Below are positions 8,909-18,038 of a stretch of 64,000 bases of DNA, in pieces; the first letter of the stretch is position 1; the number at the start of each line of letters is the position of its first letter. The stretch covers positions 38,199 to 102,198 of IMG/VR virus record IMGVR_UViG_3300030330_005983; one strand, given 5' to 3'. Source of the DNA: a virus (lineage: Duplodnaviria; Caudoviricetes). The notes beneath the pieces were generated by a model. It did not search any database and had not been told where the DNA came from. It worked only from the letters and a program-made list of their open reading frames with translations. Both the position numbers and the translations under genes were made by a program.

Positions 8909-10076
8909 GATAAAATTTTTAGATTTGGGCACACAGCCCATTGCAAACGGGTTTTTAAAAGAATCAGACCTGGGTAAAGATGAGTATACATTCAATTTAT
9001 CTGTTGGTATATGTAGTGAGACGTTTTTAGTTTCTCTTATGGATTTTGTAGACCCGCCAAAGATGTTTAATGAAAGCTATCCATTCCACACATCCGCTTC
9101 TCCAGTGATGGAGTCTCATTTTAAAAGAACCTCTAATTTGCTGTCAAAATTAAATCCAAGCAAGGTTATGGAGATAGGAAGTAATGACGGCGCGTTCTTA
9201 AAAAACTTTCATCCATCTAAGGCTATATCAGTAGAACCATGCTCTAATTTTGCTAGACATACACAAGAACTTGGGTATACAACCTATGATGAGTTTTGGA
9301 CCCAAGAACTTGCAGACCGCGTATGTTCATCTAATGGAAAGCAAGACTTAATATTCTCTGCGAATTGCATGTGCCATATACCTGACATAGAAGGTGCGTT
9401 TAAAGCCGTAGCCTCCTGCCTAGACAAAGACGGGGTTTTTGTTTTTGAAGACCCGTCACTGGTGTTTATGCTTATGAGAAACTCGTATGACCAAATATAC
9501 GATGAACACGCACACATATTCTCCCTACATTCTTTGTCTATAATGCTTAAAAGGGCCGGTCTAAAGATATGGAAGGTCGATGTTCTTGAGAATGTGCATG
9601 GAGGCTCTTGCAGGGTTTATGCCGTTCATGAAAACAACCCCGTAAAAAAGGTTGATTCCACCCTAATGAAATTTGAGAGAATTTGCGGAATAAACAAGAG
9701 TGGTTTTGAAATATACTACTCATTCGCTAGGAACGTACAGAAAAGCAAAGAGGCTCTTGTTGACGCTCTATCTGCTTTAAAAGACAGAGGCAAGAAGGTC
9801 ATTAGCTTTGGCGCAACTTCCAAGTCTACCACAGTATTTAATTATTGCGGAATTGGAAATGAGTTAATAGACTATATAACTGATAGGACAGACGATAAAA
9901 TTGGAAAATTCTCTCCTGGAAAGCATATACCGATTATAGAAGAAGGAGTAGGGTTTGATGATTCTGTTGACGCTGCATTTCTTGGCGCGTGGAATTATAA
10001 AGACGCGATACTTACGAAGTATTCAGATTTTAAAGGCTCTTGGATTACTCACGTTCCAGAGGTTTCTGTAATATGA
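8901..10076 (+). CDS. NDP-sugar C-methyltransferase (SAM-dependent)
   Basis: LDLGTQPIAN, EIGSNDG, YDQIYDEH, HGGS, FGATSK, AWNY. Confidence 0.88.
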   Translation: MSKIKFLDLGTQPIANGFLKESDLGKDEYTFNLSVGICSETFLVSLMDFVDPPKMFNESYPFHTSASPVMESHFKRTSNLLSKLNPSKVMEIGSNDGAFLKNFHPSKAISVEPCSNFARHTQELGYTTYDEFWTQELADRVCSSNGKQDLIFSANCMCHIPDIEGAFKAVASCLDKDGVFVFEDPSLVFMLMRNSYDQIYDEHAHIFSLHSLSIMLKRAGLKIWKVDVLENVHGGSCRVYAVHENNPVKKVDSTLMKFERICGINKSGFEIYYSFARNVQKSKEALVDALSALKDRGKKVISFGATSKSTTVFNYCGIGNELIDYITDRTDDKIGKFSPGKHIPIIEEGVGFDDSVDAAFLGAWNYKDAILTKYSDFKGSWITHVPEVSVI

Positions 10077-10975
10077 AAATTTTAGTTACGGGCGGTCTTG
10101 GGCACATAGGCTCTTATATTATAAGAACTTCGTTTGCAGAGAATGGAATTTCTGTTGTGGATGACTTATCTACCAACAGGTATTGTTCTTTGATGAATCT
10201 TCCATACCCTATTGATTTTATAAATGACGGCTTTGAGAATCTAAGCGAAGAGTTTTTAAAAAAGTTTGACGTTGTTCTTCATCTTGCTGCCGTGACAGAC
10301 GCGGCCAGAGGTGACTCTGAAAGCATTGAAAAAATCAATGTTGGACACACAAGAGACTTTATAAAAAAATTAGCTTCTATAGACAGTTCGCCTTTGTTTA
10401 TATTTCCCTCATCAACAAGCGTTTATGGTACAGCTTCCGATATTGTTAAGGAAGATGACGAGAGCGTTTTAAAGCCACAAAGCTACTACGCTTCGTCTAA
10501 ACTGGTTATAGAAAACTTTCTTAGAGAAAATTACCCTAGACACTTGATTCTCAGATTTGGAACAATATTTGGGGCAACTCCAGGCATGAGATTTCATACA
10601 GCGATTAATCACTTCTGCTGGGCCGCTTCGATGAAACAGCCCCTAGAAGTTTGGGAGCAAAACTATCACTACCACAGGCCATATCTTGACGTAAGAGACG
10701 CAGAAAGGTCAATTTCTCATCTTCTTTACAAAGGCGTGGAAAGTCAAACATATAATGTACTTAGCGACAACTACAAATGTAGTGATATTATAAAAATAAT
10801 AAAAGCTTACGTTCCCGACCTTGAAGTAAATATGGTCAAGACACCCCTTCTTAACCAGTTCTCCTACCTTGTAGACGACAGCAAGCTCAGTGCAACCGGG
10901 ATAAATTTAAACGGAAGCATAAAACGAGGAATAAAAGAAACATTGGGATTACTTAAATGCGTAAAAAGATTTTAA
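10073..10975 (+). CDS. NAD-dependent epimerase/dehydratase (extended SDR)
   Basis: ILVTGGLGHIG, SSTSVYG, YASSK. Confidence 0.85.
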   Translation: MKILVTGGLGHIGSYIIRTSFAENGISVVDDLSTNRYCSLMNLPYPIDFINDGFENLSEEFLKKFDVVLHLAAVTDAARGDSESIEKINVGHTRDFIKKLASIDSSPLFIFPSSTSVYGTASDIVKEDDESVLKPQSYYASSKLVIENFLRENYPRHLILRFGTIFGATPGMRFHTAINHFCWAASMKQPLEVWEQNYHYHRPYLDVRDAERSISHLLYKGVESQTYNVLSDNYKCSDIIKIIKAYVPDLEVNMVKTPLLNQFSYLVDDSKLSATGINLNGSIKRGIKETLGLLKCVKRF

Positions 10976-11670
10976 TTTCTGGCGGCTTAGGAAAGTTTGC
11001 AAAGCAATTATTAATTCAGGGTTCTGAGAACTTTGAAATATTCGCTCCTCCTAGAAAGGAAATGGATGTAAAAAATCCTCGTCAGATTTATTCTAAAATA
11101 ATATCATGCAATCCAGACTATTTTGTTCATGCTGCGGCGATGACAAGACCGATGAAAAACCATGAGCTTGCACCAATGAAAAGCATGAAAATAAATATTG
11201 AAGGAACTTGTAATGTTGTTGATGCTTGCCACACAACAGGTATAAAGCTAATATATATATCAACAGATTATGTATACCCTGGAAAAGATGGCGACTATTC
11301 AGAGAAGGACGGCGTGCTTCCTTTCACTAAATATGGATGGTCAAAACTTGGTGGGGAATGTGCCGTAAGAATGTACGATAATTCTCTTATACTAAGAATA
11401 GCTATGTGTGAAAAACCTTTCCCGCATCCAGGAGCAATGATTGATGTGAAAAAAAGTTCTATTTTTAGTGATGAAGCTGCAAAAATTACTTTACAATTGC
11501 TAGGCGAGTTTGGTATAATAAATATTGGAGGACCGAATCAATCCATATACGATTTTGTAAGTTTGCATCAAAAGGTGAGCCCTATGACGAGGAATAGCGC
11601 GGACTCTACAATGATGCCTGACGTAAGTATGAACACGGATAAGCTAAATGAGATTTCACGAAGACGATAG
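10957..11670 (+). CDS. RmlD-like dTDP-4-keto-sugar reductase
   Basis: ISGGLG, YISTDYVY, YGWSKLGGE. Confidence 0.8.
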   Translation: MRKKILISGGLGKFAKQLLIQGSENFEIFAPPRKEMDVKNPRQIYSKIISCNPDYFVHAAAMTRPMKNHELAPMKSMKINIEGTCNVVDACHTTGIKLIYISTDYVYPGKDGDYSEKDGVLPFTKYGWSKLGGECAVRMYDNSLILRIAMCEKPFPHPGAMIDVKKSSIFSDEAAKITLQLLGEFGIINIGGPNQSIYDFVSLHQKVSPMTRNSADSTMMPDVSMNTDKLNEISRRR

Positions 11671-12031
11671 AGCGCAAAGATTTTGCGACATATTTCCAGA
11701 AGCCGGTGGACAAACAATGGTGTCTAGGATAAGAACCCCTGGTCATGTTGTGGCTTGGCACAGGCACAAAATACAGCACGACTATTGGTGTTGCTTGCAA
11801 GGTTCTTTTAAGGTTGGTCTCGCAAAAGAAAACGGAGACTTTGAATTCGTATATCTCTCTGACAAGCAGCCGAGAACCATACATATACCTCCGGGGATAT
11901 ATCATGGATATATGGCGCTAGAACCAAATTCTATTTTATTGTATTACATGGACCAAGCATACGACCCATCAGACGAATATAGGGCTGAGGTAGGTTATTT
12001 CGGTGATGATTGGGGAATACCAAATAAATGA
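11648..12031 (+). CDS. RmlC-like cupin (dTDP-4-keto-sugar 3,5-epimerase)
   Basis: FHEDDR, AWHRH, IPPGIYHGY. Confidence 0.75.
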   Translation: MRFHEDDRAQRFCDIFPEAGGQTMVSRIRTPGHVVAWHRHKIQHDYWCCLQGSFKVGLAKENGDFEFVYLSDKQPRTIHIPPGIYHGYMALEPNSILLYYMDQAYDPSDEYRAEVGYFGDDWGIPNK

Positions 12032-13053
12032 GATTATTTAAAAAAAATAAAAAATTAAAACTATTCAACATAAATGACTATGTAATAGATACATCTAAAT
12101 TTAATCACCTCTTACATGGCAGTGTTGAGGAAGAGCTTGAAGATAGATTCGCTGAATATGTGGGAGCTAAATACGCATGTGTTGCAAGCAGCGCAAGCAA
12201 TCTGATTTATCTTTCAATGATAAGCATTCTAGGGATACCTGAAGAAATACTAAAGAAAAATCCAGTAAAAATACCCAGCATGATACCGATTGTGGTTCCA
12301 AATATCATACACAACATCGGAGTTCCGTGCTGCTGGACAAATGATTGTGATTGGGTTGGCTCTGCTTACACTCTTTATGATACCGAAAAAGCGTTTGAAG
12401 AAATGAGTCTCGAAAGCGACCAAGAATATAACGCTTTTAAAATAATAGACTCTGCACAAGAAGTTACAAAAAATCAATTCTCTGAACAGGCTGAGGACGG
12501 AGACTTGATGATATTTAGCCTGTATCCTACAAAGCCTGTGGGAGGGATGGACGGAGGAATAATTGTTTCAAATAGCAAAGCAAAAATAGATTGGTTCCGC
12601 ACAGCGAGCCACCTCGGAATATCCAACGTAGAAATGAGTGCGGGAAGCTGGCAAAGAACCCTTGCCTTTCCAGGGTGGAAAATGCACCCAAATTCATCAC
12701 AGTGCTATGTGGCTCTTGAGAATCTAAAAAAACTAGATGCTAAAAATAAGAGGCTGTCGCATATACGAGAAAAATATAATGAAGCCTTTTCTCTTAAAAA
12801 TAATAGCTGTCACCTTTATCGCATAGAGGTAGAAGATAGGGATAGATTCTCAAAAAAGATGAGAGAATCAAATATAGAAACGGGAATACATTATTTACCG
12901 GCCCACATGTACTCTTTTTATGATATAAAAATTGTAGAAGATATGTCAGAGACAGAACTAAAGTCGATGTCCACTGTAAGTATACCGTTCAATGAGTCTC
13001 TTACAGAAAGAAATGTTGATTTTATAATAAGAAAGATTAAAGAAGTATTATGA
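12028..13053 (+). CDS. DegT/DnrJ/EryC1/StrS PLP-dependent sugar aminotransferase
   Basis: FAEYVGAKYA, IIDSAQ, FSLYPTKPVGGMDGG (PLP Lys), GIHY. Confidence 0.85.
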   Translation: MRLFKKNKKLKLFNINDYVIDTSKFNHLLHGSVEEELEDRFAEYVGAKYACVASSASNLIYLSMISILGIPEEILKKNPVKIPSMIPIVVPNIIHNIGVPCCWTNDCDWVGSAYTLYDTEKAFEEMSLESDQEYNAFKIIDSAQEVTKNQFSEQAEDGDLMIFSLYPTKPVGGMDGGIIVSNSKAKIDWFRTASHLGISNVEMSAGSWQRTLAFPGWKMHPNSSQCYVALENLKKLDAKNKRLSHIREKYNEAFSLKNNSCHLYRIEVEDRDRFSKKMRESNIETGIHYLPAHMYSFYDIKIVEDMSETELKSMSTVSIPFNESLTERNVDFIIRKIKEVL

Positions 13054-13964
13054 AAATAATGACAACGGGAGGCAGGGGTTTTATTGGGAGCCACTTTGTT
13101 GAAAAGATTCTTGGGATGAACAATGTTTCTTCGGTAATAGACTATGACTGCATGACTTATGCGGCAAGCAAGTCCCTTCCATTTGACAGCAATCCTAAGT
13201 ATGAACACGTAAATGAAAATATACAAGACATACAAAGGCTTCCTCCGAATATAGATTATATCGTTAATTTTGCTGCAGAAAGTCATGTAGATAATTCTAT
13301 AGCCTCTCCATCAATTTTTATAGAGAGTAATGTTTTAGGTGTTTATAATTTGCTGGAGCTTATACGAGGAAAAGTTTATTCAAGGCCTCAGCTTATACAT
13401 ATTAGCACAGATGAGGTTTATGGAGACGCAGACGACGGAGACAATCATTTTGACGAAAACCACAAGCTAACTCCCAGCAACCCATATGCTGGCTCAAAGG
13501 CTGCGGCAGAAATGATGATTATGTCCTATGGCAGAACTTTTGGGATAGACTATAAGATAACAAGAAGCACAAATAATTATGGGCCAAGGCAGTATCCAGA
13601 AAAGCTAATACCAAAGTGTATAGATTCAATCAGCTCCGGTAAAAAAATACCTTTGCATGGAGATGGCAGCTATGTTAGAGACTGGATTCATGTTAGGGAT
13701 AACGTAGACGGAATATGGTATGTTATCGAATACGGAGAAAACAGAAACGTATACAATATAAGTGGCGACAACCCTTTGTCTAATATCGAGGTTGTTAAGA
13801 AAGTTTGTTCTTGGTTTGGAATAGAGGACTACGAAAGCCATGTTGAATTTGTGGAGAATAGGCTAGGTCAAGATGCAAGATATTCAATCAATAGCGTAAA
13901 AGCAGAGAACTTGGGATGGTCAAGAAAGTTTGGAAAGGGATTAACTAACTATGTTAAACATTAA
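13050..13964 (+). CDS. rmlB: dTDP-glucose 4,6-dehydratase
   Basis: TGGRGFIG, NFAAESHVD, HISTDEVYG, YAGSK, NNYGPRQYPEKLIP, RDWIHV. Confidence 0.92.
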   Translation: MKIMTTGGRGFIGSHFVEKILGMNNVSSVIDYDCMTYAASKSLPFDSNPKYEHVNENIQDIQRLPPNIDYIVNFAAESHVDNSIASPSIFIESNVLGVYNLLELIRGKVYSRPQLIHISTDEVYGDADDGDNHFDENHKLTPSNPYAGSKAAAEMMIMSYGRTFGIDYKITRSTNNYGPRQYPEKLIPKCIDSISSGKKIPLHGDGSYVRDWIHVRDNVDGIWYVIEYGENRNVYNISGDNPLSNIEVVKKVCSWFGIEDYESHVEFVENRLGQDARYSINSVKAENLGWSRKFGKGLTNYVKH

Positions 13965-14334
13965 TAAAGACGAAAGAGGAAATCTAATATCAATTAACGA
14001 CTTAATTACAAGCGTCCCCTTTACTGTAAAGAGATTTATGGATATAAGCAATGTGCCAAATGGTCAGACTAGGGGTTATCACGCACACAAAACCAATAAA
14101 CAATTTCTTTTGTGCTTTAGTGGCCGGGTTGTGGTTAGAACCGTAGCTAAAGATGAACAGGGTGTTCTTGTAGATGAGTCTCATGAATTAAATGAGGGTG
14201 ATTTTTTATACATGCCAGAAATGACATGGGGGGAACAAACATATTACGATAATGCCGTCTTGCATGTTCTGTGTTCAAAAAAATATGACGAGGAAGATTA
14301 TGTTAGAGACTACAACGAATTTAAAAAGCTTTAG
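13951..14334 (+). CDS. FdtA/QdtA (WxcM-like) sugar 3,4-ketoisomerase cupin
   Basis: DERGNL, VPFTVKR, RGYHAH, YDEEDYVRDY. Confidence 0.85.
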   Translation: MLNINKDERGNLISINDLITSVPFTVKRFMDISNVPNGQTRGYHAHKTNKQFLLCFSGRVVVRTVAKDEQGVLVDESHELNEGDFLYMPEMTWGEQTYYDNAVLHVLCSKKYDEEDYVRDYNEFKKL

Positions 14335-14785
14335 TGTGCTTGTTTCTGACACTGGGGCTAGTCAGCTTTCCTTTTGTGTAATAAGCGAAATAAACAATCT
14401 GCCAGCTATTTGCCCAAACATAGACGGAATAGTGTTTTATGAAAACAAACATAAAAACTGTTTACCGGCAAATTTTTCTGTCATGCACATATCGTCTGCA
14501 TGGGGAATGTCTGGTCCGGTGATTGCCACCTCTTTTTCTACGGCCTATAAGCTTTTAAATTTTCCTTCAAGCAAAAAATTCTTCTATGTGTGGAATTTAG
14601 AGTGGATTACTGGAAATGATATAAAGCAGTACGAGAGATATAAAAAGGTATATCAAGACACATCCTTGAGTCTTATTGCCAGAAGCGAACCTCATAAAAA
14701 AATAATAGAAAATGCATTTAACAGAGATGTTGAGCATGTCGTTTCAGACTTTAATATGTCAGAAATTTTGGAGATTATAAAATGA
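14300..14785 (+). CDS. Hypothetical protein, possibly resembling a GT-B N-terminal domain
   Basis: SD-like GAGG before the ATG at 14300. IATS...FFYVWNLEW...LIARS pattern. Overlaps both neighbours. Confidence 0.45.
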   Translation: MLETTTNLKSFSVLVSDTGASQLSFCVISEINNLPAICPNIDGIVFYENKHKNCLPANFSVMHISSAWGMSGPVIATSFSTAYKLLNFPSSKKFFYVWNLEWITGNDIKQYERYKKVYQDTSLSLIARSEPHKKIIENAFNRDVEHVVSDFNMSEILEIIK

Positions 14786-15561
14786 AAAAGCTCGAAGACA
14801 AGAACTGGTGCCATACCCAATACTGGGATAAAGAAAGAAGCATTGGTGATATAGCAAAAGAACTTGATACATATCCAAATAAGGTTAGAAGGGCGCTAAA
14901 ATCGCATGGGATTAAACTTAGGGATAAGGGGTCTGCGCAGGCGGTGGCTTTAAAAAAGGGCCGCAGCAGCCATCCTACGAAAGATAAGGGGCATTCTGAG
15001 GAGTCTAAGCTAAAGATATCTGAGTCTGTGGCTCAAAACTGGGAAAACTTGTCATATGAGGAGCTTGAGGCAAGGAGGGAGACGGCTAGAGAACAGTGGC
15101 GAAATATGTCGGAAGAAGATAAAATTAAGCTTAGAGAATCTGCTGTTCCAGGGATAAAAAGGGCTTCCACTGAGGGTTCTAAGCTTGAAAAATACATACA
15201 AAATCAATTGACAAAATCTGGTTATGTGATAGAATATCATAAGAAGGGGATTGTACCGAACGCCAATCTAGAGGTGGATATATATCTCCCAGAGCTTGGC
15301 ACGGCGATAGAAATCGATGGTCCTTCGCACTTTTTACCAATTTGGGGACAAGAGGCCTTAAATAAAACGATAAAGTCAGACAATGAAAAAAATGGACTTT
15401 TAAGATATCATGGAATTATGGTGATAAGAGTTTCTCAGAAGAGAAAAACTTTGTCTCAAAAATCCATGAGAGATACATGGTCCGCAATAGAAAAAGAAAT
15501 TAAAGATATATCTATAAAAATGCCAGCTAAAAATAAAAGATTTAAAGAAATAGAGGTTTGA
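14782..15561 (+). CDS. Homing-endonuclease-like protein: HTH + NUMOD3 + Vsr/DUF559-type nuclease
   Basis: SIGDIAKEL..V (HTH), HSEESKLKISE (NUMOD3), EVDIYLPELGTAIEIDGPSH (PD-(D/E)xK/Vsr-like). Confidence 0.75.
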   Translation: MKKLEDKNWCHTQYWDKERSIGDIAKELDTYPNKVRRALKSHGIKLRDKGSAQAVALKKGRSSHPTKDKGHSEESKLKISESVAQNWENLSYEELEARRETAREQWRNMSEEDKIKLRESAVPGIKRASTEGSKLEKYIQNQLTKSGYVIEYHKKGIVPNANLEVDIYLPELGTAIEIDGPSHFLPIWGQEALNKTIKSDNEKNGLLRYHGIMVIRVSQKRKTLSQKSMRDTWSAIEKEIKDISIKMPAKNKRFKEIEV

Positions 15562-15565
15562 TTTT

Positions 15566-16510
15566 ATGATGACTAAACACGGATACGAAGACGTAAGCGT
15601 TAAAGATATTAGAGAAGAGCTTATTTCTCTGGGCGTGGAGGACCAAGAGATTTTATCTCAAAGCAAAAAGCCTCTTGTTCAGCTATTGATTGAAACTAAA
15701 GAGAAAAAAGCAAATGAATTGTTTGAATTTGATAGCGAAGAGGAAGATATTTTATCTGCTGTAGACACTGACGCCCTATCTAGCTCTTTAGAGCTTGTTC
15801 AGCCTTCTTTTAATACTGAAAAATGGTCTGAGTGGGTTATGTCTCAGTTTGCGGACGATGAGCTAGAAAATGGGGCTCCGACTTGTGATGGTCTTCGTAG
15901 GGTTGCAGAAGATGTGATTGGGCCGATAGCTAAAGTAGAGGTTATAAAAAATGATACTCCAACCGTGTCAAATAAAGGGAACGCGACAGTCGTTGTTGGA
16001 GTGACAATTGAGCCTGTGTTGCTGGACAGTCACCCAAGGCATGGGTCTTATATATATGTTGAAGACTTGGCTGATGCAAATAGATTAAATACTCCGGAAG
16101 AAATATTTAAGCACCCTTCCGCAACTGCTGGAACTAGAGCAGAGTCAAGAGTTTACAGAAAGATGCTTAGACTAAGAAAGGTTCTGACAGCAGAGGAGTT
16201 GGCTTCTAATGAAAGCACGTTGGAGGAAGAATGGTCTCCGTCTACTCCTATTACAGAGCAGCAAATAACTGTCATAGAGATGTTATGCAAGAGAACAAAT
16301 CTAAATGTTTTAGAATTTATAAATTGCGGAGATTTGAAATATGTTTGCATAGAGCAGGTTTCTGAACAGTCTGCGCAAAAGATGCTTCAGCATTTAAATA
16401 GAATACAAAGAAAAGATGCTCCTAGACCAGATGGGGTTGGGGTGTATGATGAAAACTGGAAGGTTAAAAACGATGACACAAGAGAAGAAAATTTTAGCAA
16501 AAGAGTATAG
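15566..16510 (+). CDS. Putative Rad52/Sak-like single-strand annealing protein
   Basis: A beta-rich core followed by HPSATAGTRAESRVYRKML (A.TRA..R..R signature). C-terminal ITEQQ...SAQKML helical domain. Sits next to an SSB-like gene. Confidence 0.5.
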   Translation: MMTKHGYEDVSVKDIREELISLGVEDQEILSQSKKPLVQLLIETKEKKANELFEFDSEEEDILSAVDTDALSSSLELVQPSFNTEKWSEWVMSQFADDELENGAPTCDGLRRVAEDVIGPIAKVEVIKNDTPTVSNKGNATVVVGVTIEPVLLDSHPRHGSYIYVEDLADANRLNTPEEIFKHPSATAGTRAESRVYRKMLRLRKVLTAEELASNESTLEEEWSPSTPITEQQITVIEMLCKRTNLNVLEFINCGDLKYVCIEQVSEQSAQKMLQHLNRIQRKDAPRPDGVGVYDENWKVKNDDTREENFSKRV

Positions 16511-17021
16511 GATATATAAGCCTAACTCAAAAGGCACCGGCGCTGCATCTAAGTTTCAGTGCAGGACTAAATGGAAAACCATAGATAAATCAGATTACGC
16601 TGACCTCATATTATTTCTAGAGTCTGCTCAGCAGACTGGTTTTGACTCTAATAAAAACGCTTCATTCGGATGGTCGTCGACCAATGATAAGAATAAAGGA
16701 AAGTCAGTTACGATGAAGTTAGGTCTTCCTGATATAGGTGAGATTTTATTAGTTTTAAAGGGAAGGAAAACTTTTGTAGGACCAGAACCAAAACAGGGAA
16801 GAAAAATAGAGCCCGGATTATACCATCAAAACAATCATGGGAACACAAGTCTTAGGCTGAAATGGAGCGAAGGAAAGCTGTATTTAAATATATCATCTCA
16901 AGACAAAAATAAAAATGTAACAAAAATTTCACACAGCATCACTACAGCAGAGGCGGCTGTGCTTGAGTCTCTTTTGGAGCATTTTATAGTTGAGTACCAT
17001 GGTTGGAAAAATCAAATATAA
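16473..17021 (+). CDS. Whirly-like ssDNA-binding protein
   Basis: Colinear by eye with the plant Whirly domain: YRIYK..KGTGAA, ASFGW, LGLPDIGEIL, LYH, ITTAEAAVL...HGW. SD-like GGAAGG before the ATG at 16473. Confidence 0.6.
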   Translation: MTQEKKILAKEYRIYKPNSKGTGAASKFQCRTKWKTIDKSDYADLILFLESAQQTGFDSNKNASFGWSSTNDKNKGKSVTMKLGLPDIGEILLVLKGRKTFVGPEPKQGRKIEPGLYHQNNHGNTSLRLKWSEGKLYLNISSQDKNKNVTKISHSITTAEAAVLESLLEHFIVEYHGWKNQI

Positions 17022-17059
17022 TTAAAAAGCCCTAATATATAAATTAGGGCTAATTTTTT
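17021..17059. terminator. Bidirectional intrinsic terminator between convergent operons
   Basis: AGCCCTAAT (17028-36) / ATTAGGGCT (17043-51) form a perfect 9-bp stem, with an A-tract on the left and a T-tract on the right. Confidence 0.8.
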
Positions 17060-17068
17060 GATTTATTA

Positions 17069-17710
17069 TTACAAATACTCAAGTGCAAAGAATAATCCGT
17101 ATTGAGTTTTATTTCCAATAGAGTCTGGGCTAGCAGAAATTGCAGCGTACCAATCGTGTCTCTTGGACTGAACGGTCGATATAGTTGTGACTCCATCTCC
17201 GGCAAAAACTCCGCTAACTCCTGGCGAATTTGCAAAACTCACAACAACCCCTGAACCAGCAGGAGTAATCCACTGGCTGTCTCCAGAGCCTGTCGCTGTT
17301 TGAGTAACTCTTGGGTGAATAATCTCGGCTACTTTTGTTGTTACACCCGAGGCTGCTTTTTTAATATTAAACCTATCATAAATTCTTAGCTCACAGTTCT
17401 GGGTTTTCACCTGTGAGTCGTGTGTAAATCTAATATTAAGAGTAGCTTGATAATTTGGTATGGCTTGCAATCCTATGCCGCTAGTCGAAGCTCCAATTAT
17501 ACCACTCCCAGCATTGAGAAATTTTATATTTTGAGCCTGAGCGCCACGGCTGCTGCCGGTGCCGTCTGACACAAAAGTTGTCCCTTGATATTTACCAACC
17601 TCAACGCTTGCGCCAAAACCAGCGTCTCCAAAGAATGCTAGCCCTGAGCCTCCAAGCTTGAGGTCATAATCAAAGCCTGTTCTATTTATAAGAAAATCTA
17701 TCGTTGCCAT
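17069..17710 (-). CDS. Gly/Ser/Thr-rich putative virion protein
   Basis: ATG at 17710 with a GGAG SD and an upstream TGGTGTATA motif. Beta-strand-rich composition. Confidence 0.5.
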   Translation of the reverse strand: MATIDFLINRTGFDYDLKLGGSGLAFFGDAGFGASVEVGKYQGTTFVSDGTGSSRGAQAQNIKFLNAGSGIIGASTSGIGLQAIPNYQATLNIRFTHDSQVKTQNCELRIYDRFNIKKAASGVTTKVAEIIHPRVTQTATGSGDSQWITPAGSGVVVSFANSPGVSGVFAGDGVTTISTVQSKRHDWYAAISASPDSIGNKTQYGLFFALEYL

Positions 17711-17734
17711 TTTAAAGTAATCTCCTTTTATATA

Positions 17735-17743
17735 TATACACCA
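17735..17743 (-). promoter_or_regulatory. Putative late promoter (TGGTGTATA)
   Basis: Intergenic AATAAATGGTGTATATATA, just upstream of the SD of the 17710 gene. The motif recurs elsewhere. Confidence 0.6.
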
Positions 17744-17750
17744 TTTATTT

Positions 17751-17975
17751 CTACTTTGGCCATTTGTCTTTTGGGCAATCTTCGCTTCTCCACCAAGCTT
17801 TTTTAGATAAAATACACCCACATTCTGTGCAAATGCCTTTATTATTTGACGAACAATTATTGCATATTTTCATTCTTTCAGCATACTCTTCCCCACAAAC
17901 GTTAGAAAATCCATCTGCCGCATGCTTAACAACGGCTTTAGTAAAAGTTTTTATTTTCTTTATATTGTCTGACAT
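17751..17975 (-). CDS. Small Cys-rich (DUF6171-like) metal-binding protein
   Basis: ERMKICNNC...CTECGC...K.....CP..KW, with a GGAGG SD before the ATG at 17975. Confidence 0.6.
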   Translation of the reverse strand: MSDNIKKIKTFTKAVVKHAADGFSNVCGEEYAERMKICNNCSSNNKGICTECGCILSKKAWWRSEDCPKDKWPK

Positions 17976-18038
17976 ATAAGCAGCCTCCAATAACACTAAG
18001 GTAAATCCCCGATAAAGTCGATAAAGTCGTCGAGGTCG

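Noticed and set aside
14300-14790. Host-prophage boundary between the glycan cluster and phage genes
   Set aside because: Genes overlap continuously on one strand across the junction with no att-like repeat or integrase, and glycan genes (gmd, GT) also occur inside phage modules. It cannot be fully excluded without flanking sequence.
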